The notes under the pieces: model-generated | Told to the model about the DNA's origin: nothing | What the model saw: only the letters and a program-made list of their open reading frames with translations | Database searches by the model: none | Virus record (IMG/VR): IMGVR_UViG_3300029705_000040 | Location: 102,209-164,204 of that record | DNA from: a virus | Taxonomy: Duplodnaviria; Heunggongvirae; Uroviricota; Caudoviricetes | Length of the DNA stretch: 61,996 nt | Reading direction: 5' to 3' (one strand) | In this document: one piece after another, positions 17,612 through 28,361 of the stretch | Position numbering within the stretch: position 1 is the stretch's first letter | Layout of the letters: each line of letters begins with the position of its first letter | Translations under genes and position numbers: made by a program

Positions 17612-18613
17612 ATGTATAATAAAAATTTGTTCGAAGGATTAGATAAATATTTTGACGATAAATCAGCTAAGAAAAATTTAACTGAAGCAGTAGATAATCA
17701 AGTTTCTAAAGTTAAAATCGAAGCAAAGTATGAAGTATATAATCGTTATGGAGATAATCCAACAAAAACTGTTCAAATTAGCGGCGTTAATTTGAAGGAT
17801 GCTATTGTTAAATTTTTAGATCGTCTCAGAATTTTTCAATATATTGGTTGCGATTATGATATGAGTTTAGAGCAAATTATTTCAAATCTTGAAACATCAA
17901 ATGGCGATGGTTGCGAATATATTTTCTATATTAAAGATTTAACTGACGGTAAAATTGTTTTTGAAGGTAGTTTTAATGATGATGACATCGAAGATTGGGA
18001 TGATCTCGATGAAGCATTAAATGCAGAAGATGCTAGAAATATCGAAGCTGCAACTGAAAAAGCTCAAGCTGCTTTAGATGATGCAAATGCTGCATGCGAT
18101 AAAATTTTGAGAGAAGATGCTGATGATGATTATCCAGAAGAAGAAAAAATTCTAGACTCAGCAGAATTATCTTATGAGAAAGATGGTAAAAAAGTAAGAG
18201 AAAAATTTAATACAGTTATCGAAGCAAAAGAAAGAAGAGAAGAATTAGGGCTTACAAAAGAAAATTCTGTTATTATAGCAGTGTATGAAAGTGGTGAGCT
18301 TGAACTAGTAGAATCAATTTTGAAAGAAGCAGAATGTACTTTACCTGATTGCGAAGAAAAAGCTAAAAACGAAAGCTTAGCAGATAGATTACGCGCTGCT
18401 GTTGCTGGGAAACCATTACCAAAAGACCCAGTAGTTAAAGATGATGAGCCAGATTTACACAAAACTCTAGGCAAATTATCTGATAGATTAAAGAAAAGAA
18501 TGCAAGCAGAATCTGTTGAAGAAAATTCTGAGAAAGATGAAAATTGCGAAGATTGCTTAGAAGAAAATGTATCAATCAGAATGCTAGGTGCTAAAAAGAA
18601 TAAAAATGTTTAA
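17612..18613 (+). CDS. Acidic protein with repeated L-x-E motifs (candidate internal head/scaffold protein)
   Basis: NLFEG, NLTEA, ILRED, ILKEA, CLEEN. Confidence 0.75.
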   Translation: MYNKNLFEGLDKYFDDKSAKKNLTEAVDNQVSKVKIEAKYEVYNRYGDNPTKTVQISGVNLKDAIVKFLDRLRIFQYIGCDYDMSLEQIISNLETSNGDGCEYIFYIKDLTDGKIVFEGSFNDDDIEDWDDLDEALNAEDARNIEAATEKAQAALDDANAACDKILREDADDDYPEEEKILDSAELSYEKDGKKVREKFNTVIEAKERREELGLTKENSVIIAVYESGELELVESILKEAECTLPDCEEKAKNESLADRLRAAVAGKPLPKDPVVKDDEPDLHKTLGKLSDRLKKRMQAESVEENSEKDENCEDCLEENVSIRMLGAKKNKNV

Positions 18614-18806
18614 TTAGGAATTAATCAATTCTATTTTAGATAAATTAGTAGAAGAAAAGAAAATGTCTTTAGGCTTATCGCTTGAAGACATTTCTGATTA
18701 TCTGTACACACTAGAAGATAACTTTGACCACATAAATTCTGAAAAACAAAACGTTATTAAAGAAACGCTTTATTAGTTAGTTGAGTATATAAAAAAGGAA
18801 GAATGA
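18606..18806 (+). CDS. Small hypothetical protein (66 aa with TAG read as Gln)
   Basis: ATG 18606, two in-frame TAG, TGA overlapping next start (ATGA); fills the gap exactly. Confidence 0.6.
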
Positions 18807-19612
18807 AAATGCTTAATGAGGCTAGTGGATTACATTTTGGTGATTTAGAGATAGCTAAAAAAGCTGATGCACGCGGAATAATGTCAGATAGAGGAACAGG
18901 ACATTTTGGCACTGGCTTTTATTTTGTTAGTGATAGATATAAAAATGCAAATTACCATGATCGTGCTTTATGGGATATAGACTACTCAGCTTACAATTTG
19001 TATAAACCTAGATCAAATAGCGAAGCTTATGACCTACATGATGCGTTGAAAGCTTTAAATAATTGCTTTTATATGTACCATTACAGACATCTGTCTGAGG
19101 AATTACTTAATAAGCGAGCATATGAGCTTGAAAGAGAATTAGATGATTTAGAATATGAAAAAGATAATGAAGGAATTCTTGAGTTTATAAATAAATATAA
19201 CCCCAACGCTATCGAAGAATATTATTATTTGCGAGAAGCAATTGATCACAAAAAATGGGGAGTAGTAGAAGAATTCGCTCATGATGAAATAATAAAAGCT
19301 GCTGATAAGTTTAAGGATATGCTAAGAAGAGCAATATTTGATTTGCATTTAATTTTTATCGGTAAAATAGCAGAAGATAAAATTAAAAGTATCATATGGA
19401 AGTTAATTAAAGATGAGTCCTTAGATGAAACTGATGCAGATAGTATTTCAACATTATTTATGAAAGCGTTAGGTTACGAAGGTATTGATGTTACTCATCT
19501 TAATCATGATGCTCAAGGGTTAGCTGGACCAGATAATTTCGCATATGGTTCAGTAATATATGACTTGAAGCCAGGAACATATAAAAAGATAAGAGATAAA
19601 AAAGAAAGCTGA
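18803..19612 (+). CDS. Putative ADP-ribosyltransferase-fold protein with MKMLNEA start
   Basis: LHFG...GHFGTGFYF...LGYEGIDV...GSVIYD pattern. Confidence 0.45.
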   Translation: MKMLNEASGLHFGDLEIAKKADARGIMSDRGTGHFGTGFYFVSDRYKNANYHDRALWDIDYSAYNLYKPRSNSEAYDLHDALKALNNCFYMYHYRHLSEELLNKRAYELERELDDLEYEKDNEGILEFINKYNPNAIEEYYYLREAIDHKKWGVVEEFAHDEIIKAADKFKDMLRRAIFDLHLIFIGKIAEDKIKSIIWKLIKDESLDETDADSISTLFMKALGYEGIDVTHLNHDAQGLAGPDNFAYGSVIYDLKPGTYKKIRDKKES

Positions 19613-19630
19613 GTTAAATCTCAGCTTTTT
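19605..19630 (+). terminator. Intrinsic terminator
   Basis: AAAGCTGAG-TTAAAT-CTCAGCTTT followed by TT. Confidence 0.7.
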
Positions 19631-19640
19631 CCTTATAAAA

Positions 19641-19672
19641 TAGTTGATTATTAATTTGTATTATAGTATAAT
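19641..19672 (+). promoter_or_regulatory. sigma70-type promoter
   Basis: TAG-TTGATT-17 bp-TATAAT. Confidence 0.7.
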
Positions 19673-19728
19673 TATAATGTAAAAGAATCTAAAAATTAAA
19701 TTTATAATCGCTTAAACTAAATTACATT

Positions 19729-19736
19729 GCTAAATT
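19729..19736 (+). promoter_or_regulatory. GCTAAATT putative late promoter
   Basis: Recurrent intergenic octamer. Confidence 0.65.
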
Positions 19737-19819
19737 AAATGTGAAAAATAAAATACATAATAGCTCTAACTACACTACGTTAAGGAAGAGCTTAAAAATA
19801 AAAAAGGAATTTTATAGTT

Positions 19820-21064
19820 ATGAAAATGAAATTTAAGCTTACAGAAGAAAAGAATGTTAGCAAGACTAGTTGGATAGCATCTGATTATAAAAAACTTGCA
19901 AATCTTGATGAAAGTGCAGTTGTAGCTAAAGAAGATATTGATAGCGATGTTGTAAACAAAGTTGCAGCTAGAAATTATCTTGAGAAAGAAGAAGTAGTAG
20001 AAGCTATTTTAGAAGAGAAGGAAACGCTTACGGAAGCTCCATCTATAGGTGATTCTGCAGAATAGGAAGTAGCTAAAAAACTTGATGCAGAAGTTGTTGA
20101 TGATGAAGATGATGTAAAGAAAGAATTAGATAGAGCTTTAGCTACTGCTAAAAGATTACAAAAACGTGGTAAAAAAGATGGTTACTCAAATATTCTTTTA
20201 GTTGGCGAGGCTGGTACTGGTAAAACATCACGTTGTAAACAGTGGGCTCAAGAACGTGGTGTAAATCTATATGTAAGAAAAGCGATGGACCTTGATGTAA
20301 CAGATATGGGTGGTGCTATTACTCCAGATAAGGAAGGGAAGAAAGTTAATCGTCTTACTTCTAGCGAATGGGATCCACTCGATAGACCTAACTCAGTTTT
20401 ATTCTTAGATGAGTTAAATAGAGCTGCTCCAGATGTTAGAGGTCAATTACTTACTCTAGTTAACAACCACACTGTTTCAGATATTCATAGTGAGTCTGGT
20501 GAAAGATTCCTTCCTAACTTCCTTTTCACTATTGCAGCTATCAATCCATCTGGCGCTGATTATGAAGTTGGTGAGCTCGATGATGCTGAGTATGATAGAT
20601 TTAAAGAAGTAGATGTTGTAGCTAATAAACGCAGTCTTCTTAAATATATGATTTCTTCTTTTGATAAAGATATTGCAGCTAGCACTGATGAAGAAGATAC
20701 TAAAATATTAAAAGGTCAAAAGCAACTCGCTGTTACTTTATTAAGTCATAAAGATTTCAAATTTGATACTTTAGCAGATAAAGCAAAAGCAAAAGATAAT
20801 GGTCAACGTAAGAGCTTATCACCTAGATCTTTTGAAGCAGCCATAAACAATTGTGATGGTACCAAAAATGATTTATTAGCTGTCTGGGGAAGCAACTGCG
20901 GAATGTCTTCTAAAGCTATGGTAGAAAGAATTCTTAAAGATTATAAAGATATTGATGATAAAGCAAATGACGCACTTAAAGGTGGAACAGAATCAGAGGT
21001 ATTTAGTACAGCTAAACCTTTAAGCTCAAGATTAAGAGATAGATTGGCTTCTCAAGGTAATTAA
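19820..21064 (+). CDS. MoxR-like AAA+ ATPase with acidic N-terminal extension (414 aa with TAG read as Gln)
   Basis: One TAG at 20063; readthrough supplies Walker A LLVGEAGTGKT; Walker B VLFLDELNRA; sensor SPRS. Confidence 0.85.
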
Positions 21065-21091
21065 TAAATACTAGTTGGAGGTATAGCATAT

Positions 21092-22642
21092 ATGATGACA
21101 GCAACAGAGCTAGCAGCTAAAAGACAGTTGCTAGACATTCTCAACAAACAGGGCTATCCAACATATTCTAGATTACTCGATCATTTTCATATAAACCTTA
21201 CTAATGACCCCGAAGTTATTGCTTTTATGGAACCTGGTAAAGGTAGAATAGTTTTAAATAGAGGTTTAGACTTAGAGCAAGTTTCTATGATTGTTAGACA
21301 TGAAATATTGCACGAATATTTATCTCATCAATTACGTATGGAAAGACATAAAGGTAAAGATAAATGGGATAAACGTACACCTCAAGAGCATGAAAGAGCT
21401 AATATGGCTGCTGACTATGAAATCTCAAATAGAGGTTATACTGATGCAGATAAAATAACTGCTAGAAGTATTATGCTTAATGGTCAGCTTTTGCAAGGCT
21501 TAGTTACTGATATAGATCATCCAGATTGGGTAAACCTTTCTATGGAAGAGATGTATGACTTGCTTGAAAAAGAAATGAAAAATGAAAAGCAAGAAGCTGG
21601 TAAAAAGATTGTCAGAATCGGAGATAAAGGTGATCAAGCTACTCAAGATGCAGAAGCTGCTCAAAGAGAAGCAGAAGCTATCATTGATGATGCTGACGAA
21701 ATAATTATGGACCCATCGGCTTCGCAAGAAGAAAAGAGCGAAGCAGAGCAAGCTAAAAAAGTAGCTCAAGCGGCAAAAGATCAAGCAAAAAAAGCTGGCG
21801 AGCAAGCTCAAGCAGAAACTCAATCTGCAGATGATCAATCTGATGCAGATAAACCAGCAGAAAATAATAATGATAGCTCTTCTAAAAATAATCAATCAGC
21901 TAATCAAGATGGACCTGTTTTTAGTAAAGATACAGAAGGTAAGTTAGATAAGATAGCTGAAAGAATAGCGAGAATAAATAAAGCTTTATCTGATGTTCAG
22001 CTAGGTGATAAAATAAAAGATGAGACTGCTAGTCAAATTGAAAGAGAAAAACAAATAAAAATAGCTAGAGAAACAGCTAAGTTTAGAAATGACCCATTAA
22101 GACGTTTTGTAGATTCGCTTAATCAATTTATAAGAAAAGAAGTTGGTGTTGGTAGAGGTAAATCTTATGGTAGAATAAATAAGACCTATGCTAACACTCC
22201 GATTATCAGAGCTGGAATAACTAGAAGAGCTGAACAACATATTCCGCTTATAAATGTTTATTTCGATGCATCAGCATCATGGGACGAAGCAAAAATTGCA
22301 GTAGGTAAACGTGGTGTAGCTACACTTAATCAATATGTTCGTCAAGGTAAACTTAAAATAAAAACATATTATTTTGGTGACCATGTATCTGAAAAGAGAT
22401 CGGAAGTTTCTGGTGGTGGGACTGGAGCTATTAGAGAGATTTTTCAACATATAAAAGATACTAAAGCAGATAATGTTGTTATAATGACTGATGGTGATAT
22501 GGATAATCAAGGTGGATCTGTTTCAATTCTAACTGTTCCTGGGGCAGTTTGGTTTTTATTTGTAGATGATGATTGTGATAAATTAAAAGATAATTTACAT
22601 GGGCAAAAATTAACTAAAGAATTTTTCATAAAATCAAAATAA
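21092..22642 (+). CDS. Metallopeptidase-like (HExxH) plus vWA protein (DUF2201-like architecture)
   Basis: RHEILH...ANMAADYEI; A/E/Q-rich linker; VYFDASAS...GGGT...VIMTDG. Confidence 0.8.
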   Translation: MMTATELAAKRQLLDILNKQGYPTYSRLLDHFHINLTNDPEVIAFMEPGKGRIVLNRGLDLEQVSMIVRHEILHEYLSHQLRMERHKGKDKWDKRTPQEHERANMAADYEISNRGYTDADKITARSIMLNGQLLQGLVTDIDHPDWVNLSMEEMYDLLEKEMKNEKQEAGKKIVRIGDKGDQATQDAEAAQREAEAIIDDADEIIMDPSASQEEKSEAEQAKKVAQAAKDQAKKAGEQAQAETQSADDQSDADKPAENNNDSSSKNNQSANQDGPVFSKDTEGKLDKIAERIARINKALSDVQLGDKIKDETASQIEREKQIKIARETAKFRNDPLRRFVDSLNQFIRKEVGVGRGKSYGRINKTYANTPIIRAGITRRAEQHIPLINVYFDASASWDEAKIAVGKRGVATLNQYVRQGKLKIKTYYFGDHVSEKRSEVSGGGTGAIREIFQHIKDTKADNVVIMTDGDMDNQGGSVSILTVPGAVWFLFVDDDCDKLKDNLHGQKLTKEFFIKSK

Positions 22643-22653
22643 GGAAGATAACT

Positions 22654-23316
22654 ATGCATTTAACAGACGCTTTGCAAGATGAAATGTTTATACAAAATTT
22701 AGATAATCAGAACTTCGAAGCATGTTATGAAACGCTAGAAGAAACTGAAAGGTATTAGCTAGCTTTATTTTTAGCAGAAGAAGGTCTAGATCCATTAAAA
22801 GATCTAGACTATATTCCTGATGTTTTATTTTCACATTTATCTTTCGAAACTTTTAATATTCCAGATAGAATTAAAAAGATAGGTAAGCATTCTTTTTCAC
22901 ATAATGATGACCTTGAGTATATAACCTTACCAGATAATATTGAGCTTATAAAATCTTATGCTTTTTATAATTGCAAAAATCTAAAAGAAATAAATATACC
23001 TCAAAAAGTTAAAAAAATAAGTTTCTTCTGTTTTGGTGATTGCGAGAGTTTAGAAGAACTAACTTTACCCGAAGGTATTAAAACCATTGAGCCATGGGCT
23101 TTTTCATCTTGCTTAAATCTTAAAAAGATCTATCTACCAAAATCTTTAGAGCAAATAGAGGCAGCTGCTTTTAATGGTTGTAAAAACTTGAAAGATATTT
23201 TTTATGCTGGAACGATAGAAGAATGGAAGCGAGTATTTAAGGGTAAATCTATTTTTAGAGATGTACCAACTAGACTGGCTAAATGCTCTGATGGTAAAGG
23301 TTTGTTGAGGTAGTAA
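22654..23316 (+). CDS. BspA-type leucine-rich repeat (LRR_5) protein with shared N-terminal module
   Basis: One internal TAG, ends TAG-TAA; repeats such as ITLPDNIELIKSYAFYNCKNL and LTLPEGIKTIEPWAFSSCLNL. Confidence 0.85.
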
Positions 23317-23320
23317 TATA

Positions 23321-23977
23321 ATGCATGAAAATATATAGAAAAAATTAAATTGGTATCTAGATAATGAAACTTTTTGTGACCTTCTAGATAAGCATAATGT
23401 GGTAGATTTATTTGCGGGAGTTGATGAATTCGATATTCCATGGCTTATAGATATACTAAAAGAAGAAGGTGTACAAGTACCACAAACATATTTAAATATG
23501 TATGATTTATCTAGATCACAATGTCCTGTTTTTTCTAAAGTAAATATACTAAATCAAGAAGAATTAGGTTTTAATCTAGAATTACATCTAACGCCTGATT
23601 CTCTTTTTATTATAAAACTAATTAATTTAATCTATTATAAAAATCATTCTGGATTGTTTAATAACATAGATAATCTAGAAACTTTTGGGGATGTTTTACT
23701 TTTAAATGATTTTAATATAGAATATGCTAGTATCTGTATTATTTTAGATAAGCCCTTAGATCCAACTAATATAACAGGATATAACTTACCAAAAGTGCGG
23801 ATAGTTATAGATGGTTTAGATACTATTCTAAGTTTTGAAATTTATGATAGATCTTTTTATGATGCAACTAGTGATTTTGAATTTGATGAAACTGGTTATA
23901 GTTATAAAGTAAACATAAATAAGTTTATACAATCCCTTAATGAAGCATTCGAGTTTATAAACTCTATGAGTATATAA
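23321..23977 (+). CDS. Paralogue-array protein (shared N-terminal module)
   Basis: MHENI(TAG)KKLNWYLDNE aligns with ENIQLRLNKYLENE of the next gene. Confidence 0.8.
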
Positions 23978-23987
23978 GGATTAATAT

Positions 23988-24629
23988 ATGTTTAATATAA
24001 ATAATGAAAATATACAATTGAGATTAAATAAATATCTAGAAAACGAAGAGTGGGTAAATGCTTTAGATTCTTTTGATCTCGAAAAAGTATTTAAGTTATC
24101 TAGTGTAGTAGATTATATCTGGTTATGTCATCTCTTAGAGGAAGAAAACTTAGAAATACCTCATATTTATAATAGATTTAAAGATATTAAAATACAGCAT
24201 GTAGATAAAAACTCTTTCAAATTATATCAAGACGTAAGCTCTAGAGAAGATGGGCCTATGTTTGAGTATGAAGTTAATTTAAAATCAAAAGCAGAAACAT
24301 TAAAACTTTTACATCTAGTATATTTTACTGATTTATTAGATGATTATATCTATTGCTGTGATTTAGATTTAGAAACTGATATAGAAATACAAAATATAAA
24401 TCAAGCATGGTTTGCTGTAGATAGTTACACAATAGACATTGATAGATTTAATGATTTAAATGCTTATAGTAATATAAAATTACATTGCTTAATAAAAAAT
24501 TATATGACTACTATAATTATTCCAGATAATAAATCTTTCTATAAACATAAAGGGTCTTATTATACAGTAGATAAAGAAGCTCTCATAGATGCAATTAATA
24601 ATTTTATCGATGAGTTAAATAGGTGGTAA
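23988..24629 (+). CDS. Paralogue-array protein
   Basis: ORF track; NALDSFDLEKVF...LLEEENLEIP. Confidence 0.8.
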   Translation: MFNINNENIQLRLNKYLENEEWVNALDSFDLEKVFKLSSVVDYIWLCHLLEEENLEIPHIYNRFKDIKIQHVDKNSFKLYQDVSSREDGPMFEYEVNLKSKAETLKLLHLVYFTDLLDDYIYCCDLDLETDIEIQNINQAWFAVDSYTIDIDRFNDLNAYSNIKLHCLIKNYMTTIIIPDNKSFYKHKGSYYTVDKEALIDAINNFIDELNRW

Positions 24630-24631
24630 TT

Positions 24632-25246
24632 ATGGATATGACTATTGAAGAATTATTACTCAGTGAAGATGGAATTAAAGCTATAGACGAGGAAAACTTT
24701 ATAAAAGCTTATGACTTGCTTGAAGAATTTGAAAGACCTAAACTCACCAAGTTATTTTATAGTGAAAATATTGATCCATTAAATTATATGTGTCTTATTC
24801 CTAAACGTTATATGGATAAAAGTTTCAATAAAAGATTGATACGTATTCCAGAAAATATAGTTTTAATAAGCCAGGAAGCATTTATAGGATGTGATAACAT
24901 TTGTCAAATAGATTTTTCAGAAAGAATAACTCGGATAGGTATGTTAGCTTTTTCTGATTGTACTAACTTAAAAGAATTAACTTTTCCTAGAAGTCTTGAA
25001 GTATTAGATCAATGGGCCTTTACTGGTTGTAAAAATCTAAGAGAAATTCATTTCGAGAAAGATTATTTACGTTATATAAGTAATTATGTATTTGGTGAGT
25101 GCTCTCAGTTAGAAATAATAACATATACTGGAACTATTGATGAGTGGCGAAAAATAGATATAGCAGGTGACGCTTTTAAGGGTGCTAGGACAAAAAATGT
25201 GCGATGCGCAGATGGCATATTTTCTATTTATGAGGATGAGGACTGA
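24632..25246 (+). CDS. BspA-type LRR_5 protein with shared N-terminal module
   Basis: IRIPENIVLISQEAFIGCDNI, LTFPRSLEVLDQWAFTGCKNL; YTGTIDEW cap. Confidence 0.85.
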   Translation: MDMTIEELLLSEDGIKAIDEENFIKAYDLLEEFERPKLTKLFYSENIDPLNYMCLIPKRYMDKSFNKRLIRIPENIVLISQEAFIGCDNICQIDFSERITRIGMLAFSDCTNLKELTFPRSLEVLDQWAFTGCKNLREIHFEKDYLRYISNYVFGECSQLEIITYTGTIDEWRKIDIAGDAFKGARTKNVRCADGIFSIYEDED

Positions 25247-25920
25247 TGAGTCAAAATACAAATAAAAAAACTGTAGAGCTTCTAAATAAATGGTTAGCTA
25301 AACCAGATATAATAGCGTTAATAGATGCAGGAAATATAAAAGAAGCGATATTAAAAACATTATAGCTTCCAGCATTTGATATTAATGCTATTAGAGCTTT
25401 ATTAGGATTATTTTTAGCAGAAGGCTATACCTTAGTAGACTTAATTGCAAGACCTTCTGTAAATATACCTTTAGTAGAAACAGCAGACGTACAGCTAGAG
25501 AATAATGGAGAATATAAAGCATTAAGTGTTAGATATGCAGCTGATGTAATGAGTGATCCAGAATTAAATTTATTTTTAACACTGCTTCATGGAATAAAAT
25601 ATACTGATTGCAAATTGCATTTTTGGATTTATGCTCCAGATGATTCTAGAATTTATCCAGAAGCATTTCTTTATTGTGATTCATTATTTGTGACAAGAAA
25701 TTATGCTATAAAAGATATAACTGATGAGATATCTGATTATATAATCACATATCCAGATAATACTTACTCCGAGGATGAATCAGTTACTGTATATGATATA
25801 GATGGAAGAGAAGACACTGCTCATGATATTTTAGAGCAACAACTTAACATACATATATCAGAAGCGTGGCACGAAATTTTTGAAAAGAATAACTATAGAG
25901 ATTTAGGAATAGTTTTATGA
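25246..25920 (+). CDS. Paralogue-array protein (TAG read as Gln)
   Basis: ATG overlapping previous TGA; one TAG; in frame with ORF-track 25549. Confidence 0.75.
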
Positions 25921-26429
25921 GCACATATTTAACTACTTATGAGGAATATCAATTTCAACATGTTTTGTTAGATAATTATCCAGAATTATTTGACACATAT
26001 CAGTTTGAAAAAATATATGAGTTAGCTACAGAAAAAGGTTTAGGTCAAGACCTTATAGCTAAAATTTATCCTCTCATGTTAGATTTCGGAGTAAATGTTT
26101 TAGATCATATTAAAAATGTTCCTGAACATTTTGGTTATAATTCGGATATTAAAGAAATAAGATTTCCAAACAATGTAGAAAAAATCTTGCCTTATGCTTT
26201 TATGGGTGCTGACTTAGAAAAAATTATAATAGAAAATCCAAATATTAAAATAGACGATGATGGATTTAAATGGTGTGAGAAAATAAAAGAAGTTATTTAT
26301 AGTGGTACATGTAAGCAATTTCATGACAACAGATTAAGTGCTGCTTTCACGCAGTGGACAAATGAGAATTTACTTATTAAATGTACAAATGATAATATAA
26401 TTTTTAACTTAAAAGGATCTAAAAGATGA
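25917..26429 (+). CDS. Paralogue-array protein with short LRR_5
   Basis: IRFPNNVEKILPYAFMGADL; EVIYSGT cap. Confidence 0.75.
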   Translation: MSTYLTTYEEYQFQHVLLDNYPELFDTYQFEKIYELATEKGLGQDLIAKIYPLMLDFGVNVLDHIKNVPEHFGYNSDIKEIRFPNNVEKILPYAFMGADLEKIIIENPNIKIDDDGFKWCEKIKEVIYSGTCKQFHDNRLSAAFTQWTNENLLIKCTNDNIIFNLKGSKR

Positions 26430-27034
26430 GAGCTGATGTAAGCGAAAAACTTAATAAAATGCTAGAAGATTCTGATTGCACAGGTTTTTTAGATTCTGGT
26501 GAAATATTAAAAGCTTTAGAGCGAGCTATAAGTAAACAATATTTTGAGCTAGAAGACTTATATGATATAGTCAGAGAATTAGTTTTATGTGATGTTCCAT
26601 TAAAAGATATTTTTGGTGAACCTAAAACAGAATTAACATTAAGAGTTAATTTTGATGCTGATGATCAACACGGTGTTGCTGGTCATGCTGTATATTGTTT
26701 CGATCCAATGCCATGCAATAAAGAAACTTATATCTTATTAGCTTATATGTTTGGTTATGCGTCTATCTACACTAGTAAATTATTTGTTTTAGATTTACCA
26801 TCAAATGGAATAACTTCTGGTAGGTTTAAAATTTTTGAAGATGATAACTTACTAGATCAATTTCTAGTAGATAAACAAAAATTTTCAGTTGTTTTAGCTG
26901 GTGGAACAGACCTTGATCCAGTTTATGAACTAGATGGAAAAGTTTCAAAAGCTAAAACATTAGTATTAGATACTCTTGATTCTGCTATAAAAGAGTTTTA
27001 CGAAGATCATGTAGAGACTAATAGGTGTATATAA
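26426..27034 (+). CDS. Paralogue-array protein
   Basis: SEKLNKMLEDSDCTGFLDSGEILKAL. Confidence 0.75.
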   Translation: MRADVSEKLNKMLEDSDCTGFLDSGEILKALERAISKQYFELEDLYDIVRELVLCDVPLKDIFGEPKTELTLRVNFDADDQHGVAGHAVYCFDPMPCNKETYILLAYMFGYASIYTSKLFVLDLPSNGITSGRFKIFEDDNLLDQFLVDKQKFSVVLAGGTDLDPVYELDGKVSKAKTLVLDTLDSAIKEFYEDHVETNRCI

Positions 27035-27049
27035 GAAAGGAAAGATAGT

Positions 27050-27487
27050 ATGGCTATAACTAAAGAATAGTTAGAAGAATATTTATATGAGATTTCTGAT
27101 GATTTAGATGAAGGAAACTTAGATAAAATTTATTAGCGTAATGATCCTAGAAATGAGTGGTTAACTGATGAGCTATATTATATGGGAATAGACCCACTAG
27201 ATGGGTTACCCTGGGTTTTAAATCACATAGCTGAAATGGAGTTAGCTATATAGCCAGAAGAAAGCACTTCTTATAATGGAGCTACTCTAGATTGGCTTAT
27301 AGAAGGTTTTGGCAGCTCAGCTTATAGATATTTATATTTGTATCAATTTAAGCATAACCCAGTATTTAAATGTGAAAGATTAGAGAAGAGATATAGTTGG
27401 TGTCAAGATAATGATAATGATTACTATATATGTCTTGCACAACATTGGGATATAGATAAATTTAAAGAGATAGTAGATGGTAAATAA
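27050..27487 (+). CDS. Paralogue-array protein (3 TAG read as Gln)
   Basis: Absent from ORF track; ATG 27050 to TAA 27485; C-half aligns with the next gene. Confidence 0.8.
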
Positions 27488-27498
27488 GGAAATATATT

Positions 27499-27957
27499 AT
27501 GTTAACATTATCAGAAATAATAGATAAATTTGCTGAGTAGATTGATAATGATCAATTTGAAGAGATTTTAAAAAGCAGTGATTTAGAACTAGTAGATAAA
27601 ATTGACTTCGTTGATTTCTTATACGAAGAATTAAAAAGTCTAGGTAAAAGTTTATACTCTTATTTTCCTAATTTTGATAGAGAAATAAATGCTATGAGTA
27701 ATCAGCTACAAACCTTAGCTACAGGTGCTAGTTATTGGGGTGAAAGATTGTGGTGGCTAATAGAAGGTGAGGGACAGGCTCATAGAGCAGCTTTATATCT
27801 ACATTACTATCAAAATGATTCATACTATTTGGTAGAGAATCTAGAGGAAAAATATGCGTGGTATGGCTCAGGTGATGATTGGTATATTTGCAGAGCTGAT
27901 AGATGGGATATAAATAGATTTTATAGGGCTATGGATGCTTGCTTAGCCGAGGAATAA
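27499..27957 (+). CDS. Paralogue-array protein (1 TAG read as Gln)
   Basis: ATG 27499 after GGA RBS, in frame with ORF-track 27694. Confidence 0.8.
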
Positions 27958-27959
27958 AG

Positions 27960-28361
27960 ATGAAATTTCGATTAGTAGAAGATATAGTAACAGAATCAGA
28001 TTTAACTGATAAAAATTTAATAAAAGAATTGCAAGATAAATTTGGATCAGATTTCGATAGCAAACCTTTATGCAAAGAAGTTACAGAATATATCTCTACT
28101 AAATTTGGTGTAAAAGGTTTATATTATACTGTACTAGTCCTATCAAAAGAAGATGGATTAATATCAGCAAATGGCCACTGTGTAATTTATCATAATAATA
28201 GACTTTATGACTACACATCAAATCAATATTGCAATTATTCTGGAATAGAAAAATCAGAATGTCCCAGAATATTGTATTTCGATAAAGAAATATCAGATAA
28301 GCTAGGTATGAAATCATACTCAAGCGGTAATTATATAGTTTGTGTATCGGAGCATGTATGA
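27960..28361 (+). CDS. Small protein with MKFRLVE start and Cys-His-Asp motif (papain/transglutaminase-like fold candidate)
   Basis: LCKEVT...NGHCVIY...LYDYTSNQY. Confidence 0.5.
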   Translation: MKFRLVEDIVTESDLTDKNLIKELQDKFGSDFDSKPLCKEVTEYISTKFGVKGLYYTVLVLSKEDGLISANGHCVIYHNNRLYDYTSNQYCNYSGIEKSECPRILYFDKEISDKLGMKSYSSGNYIVCVSEHV

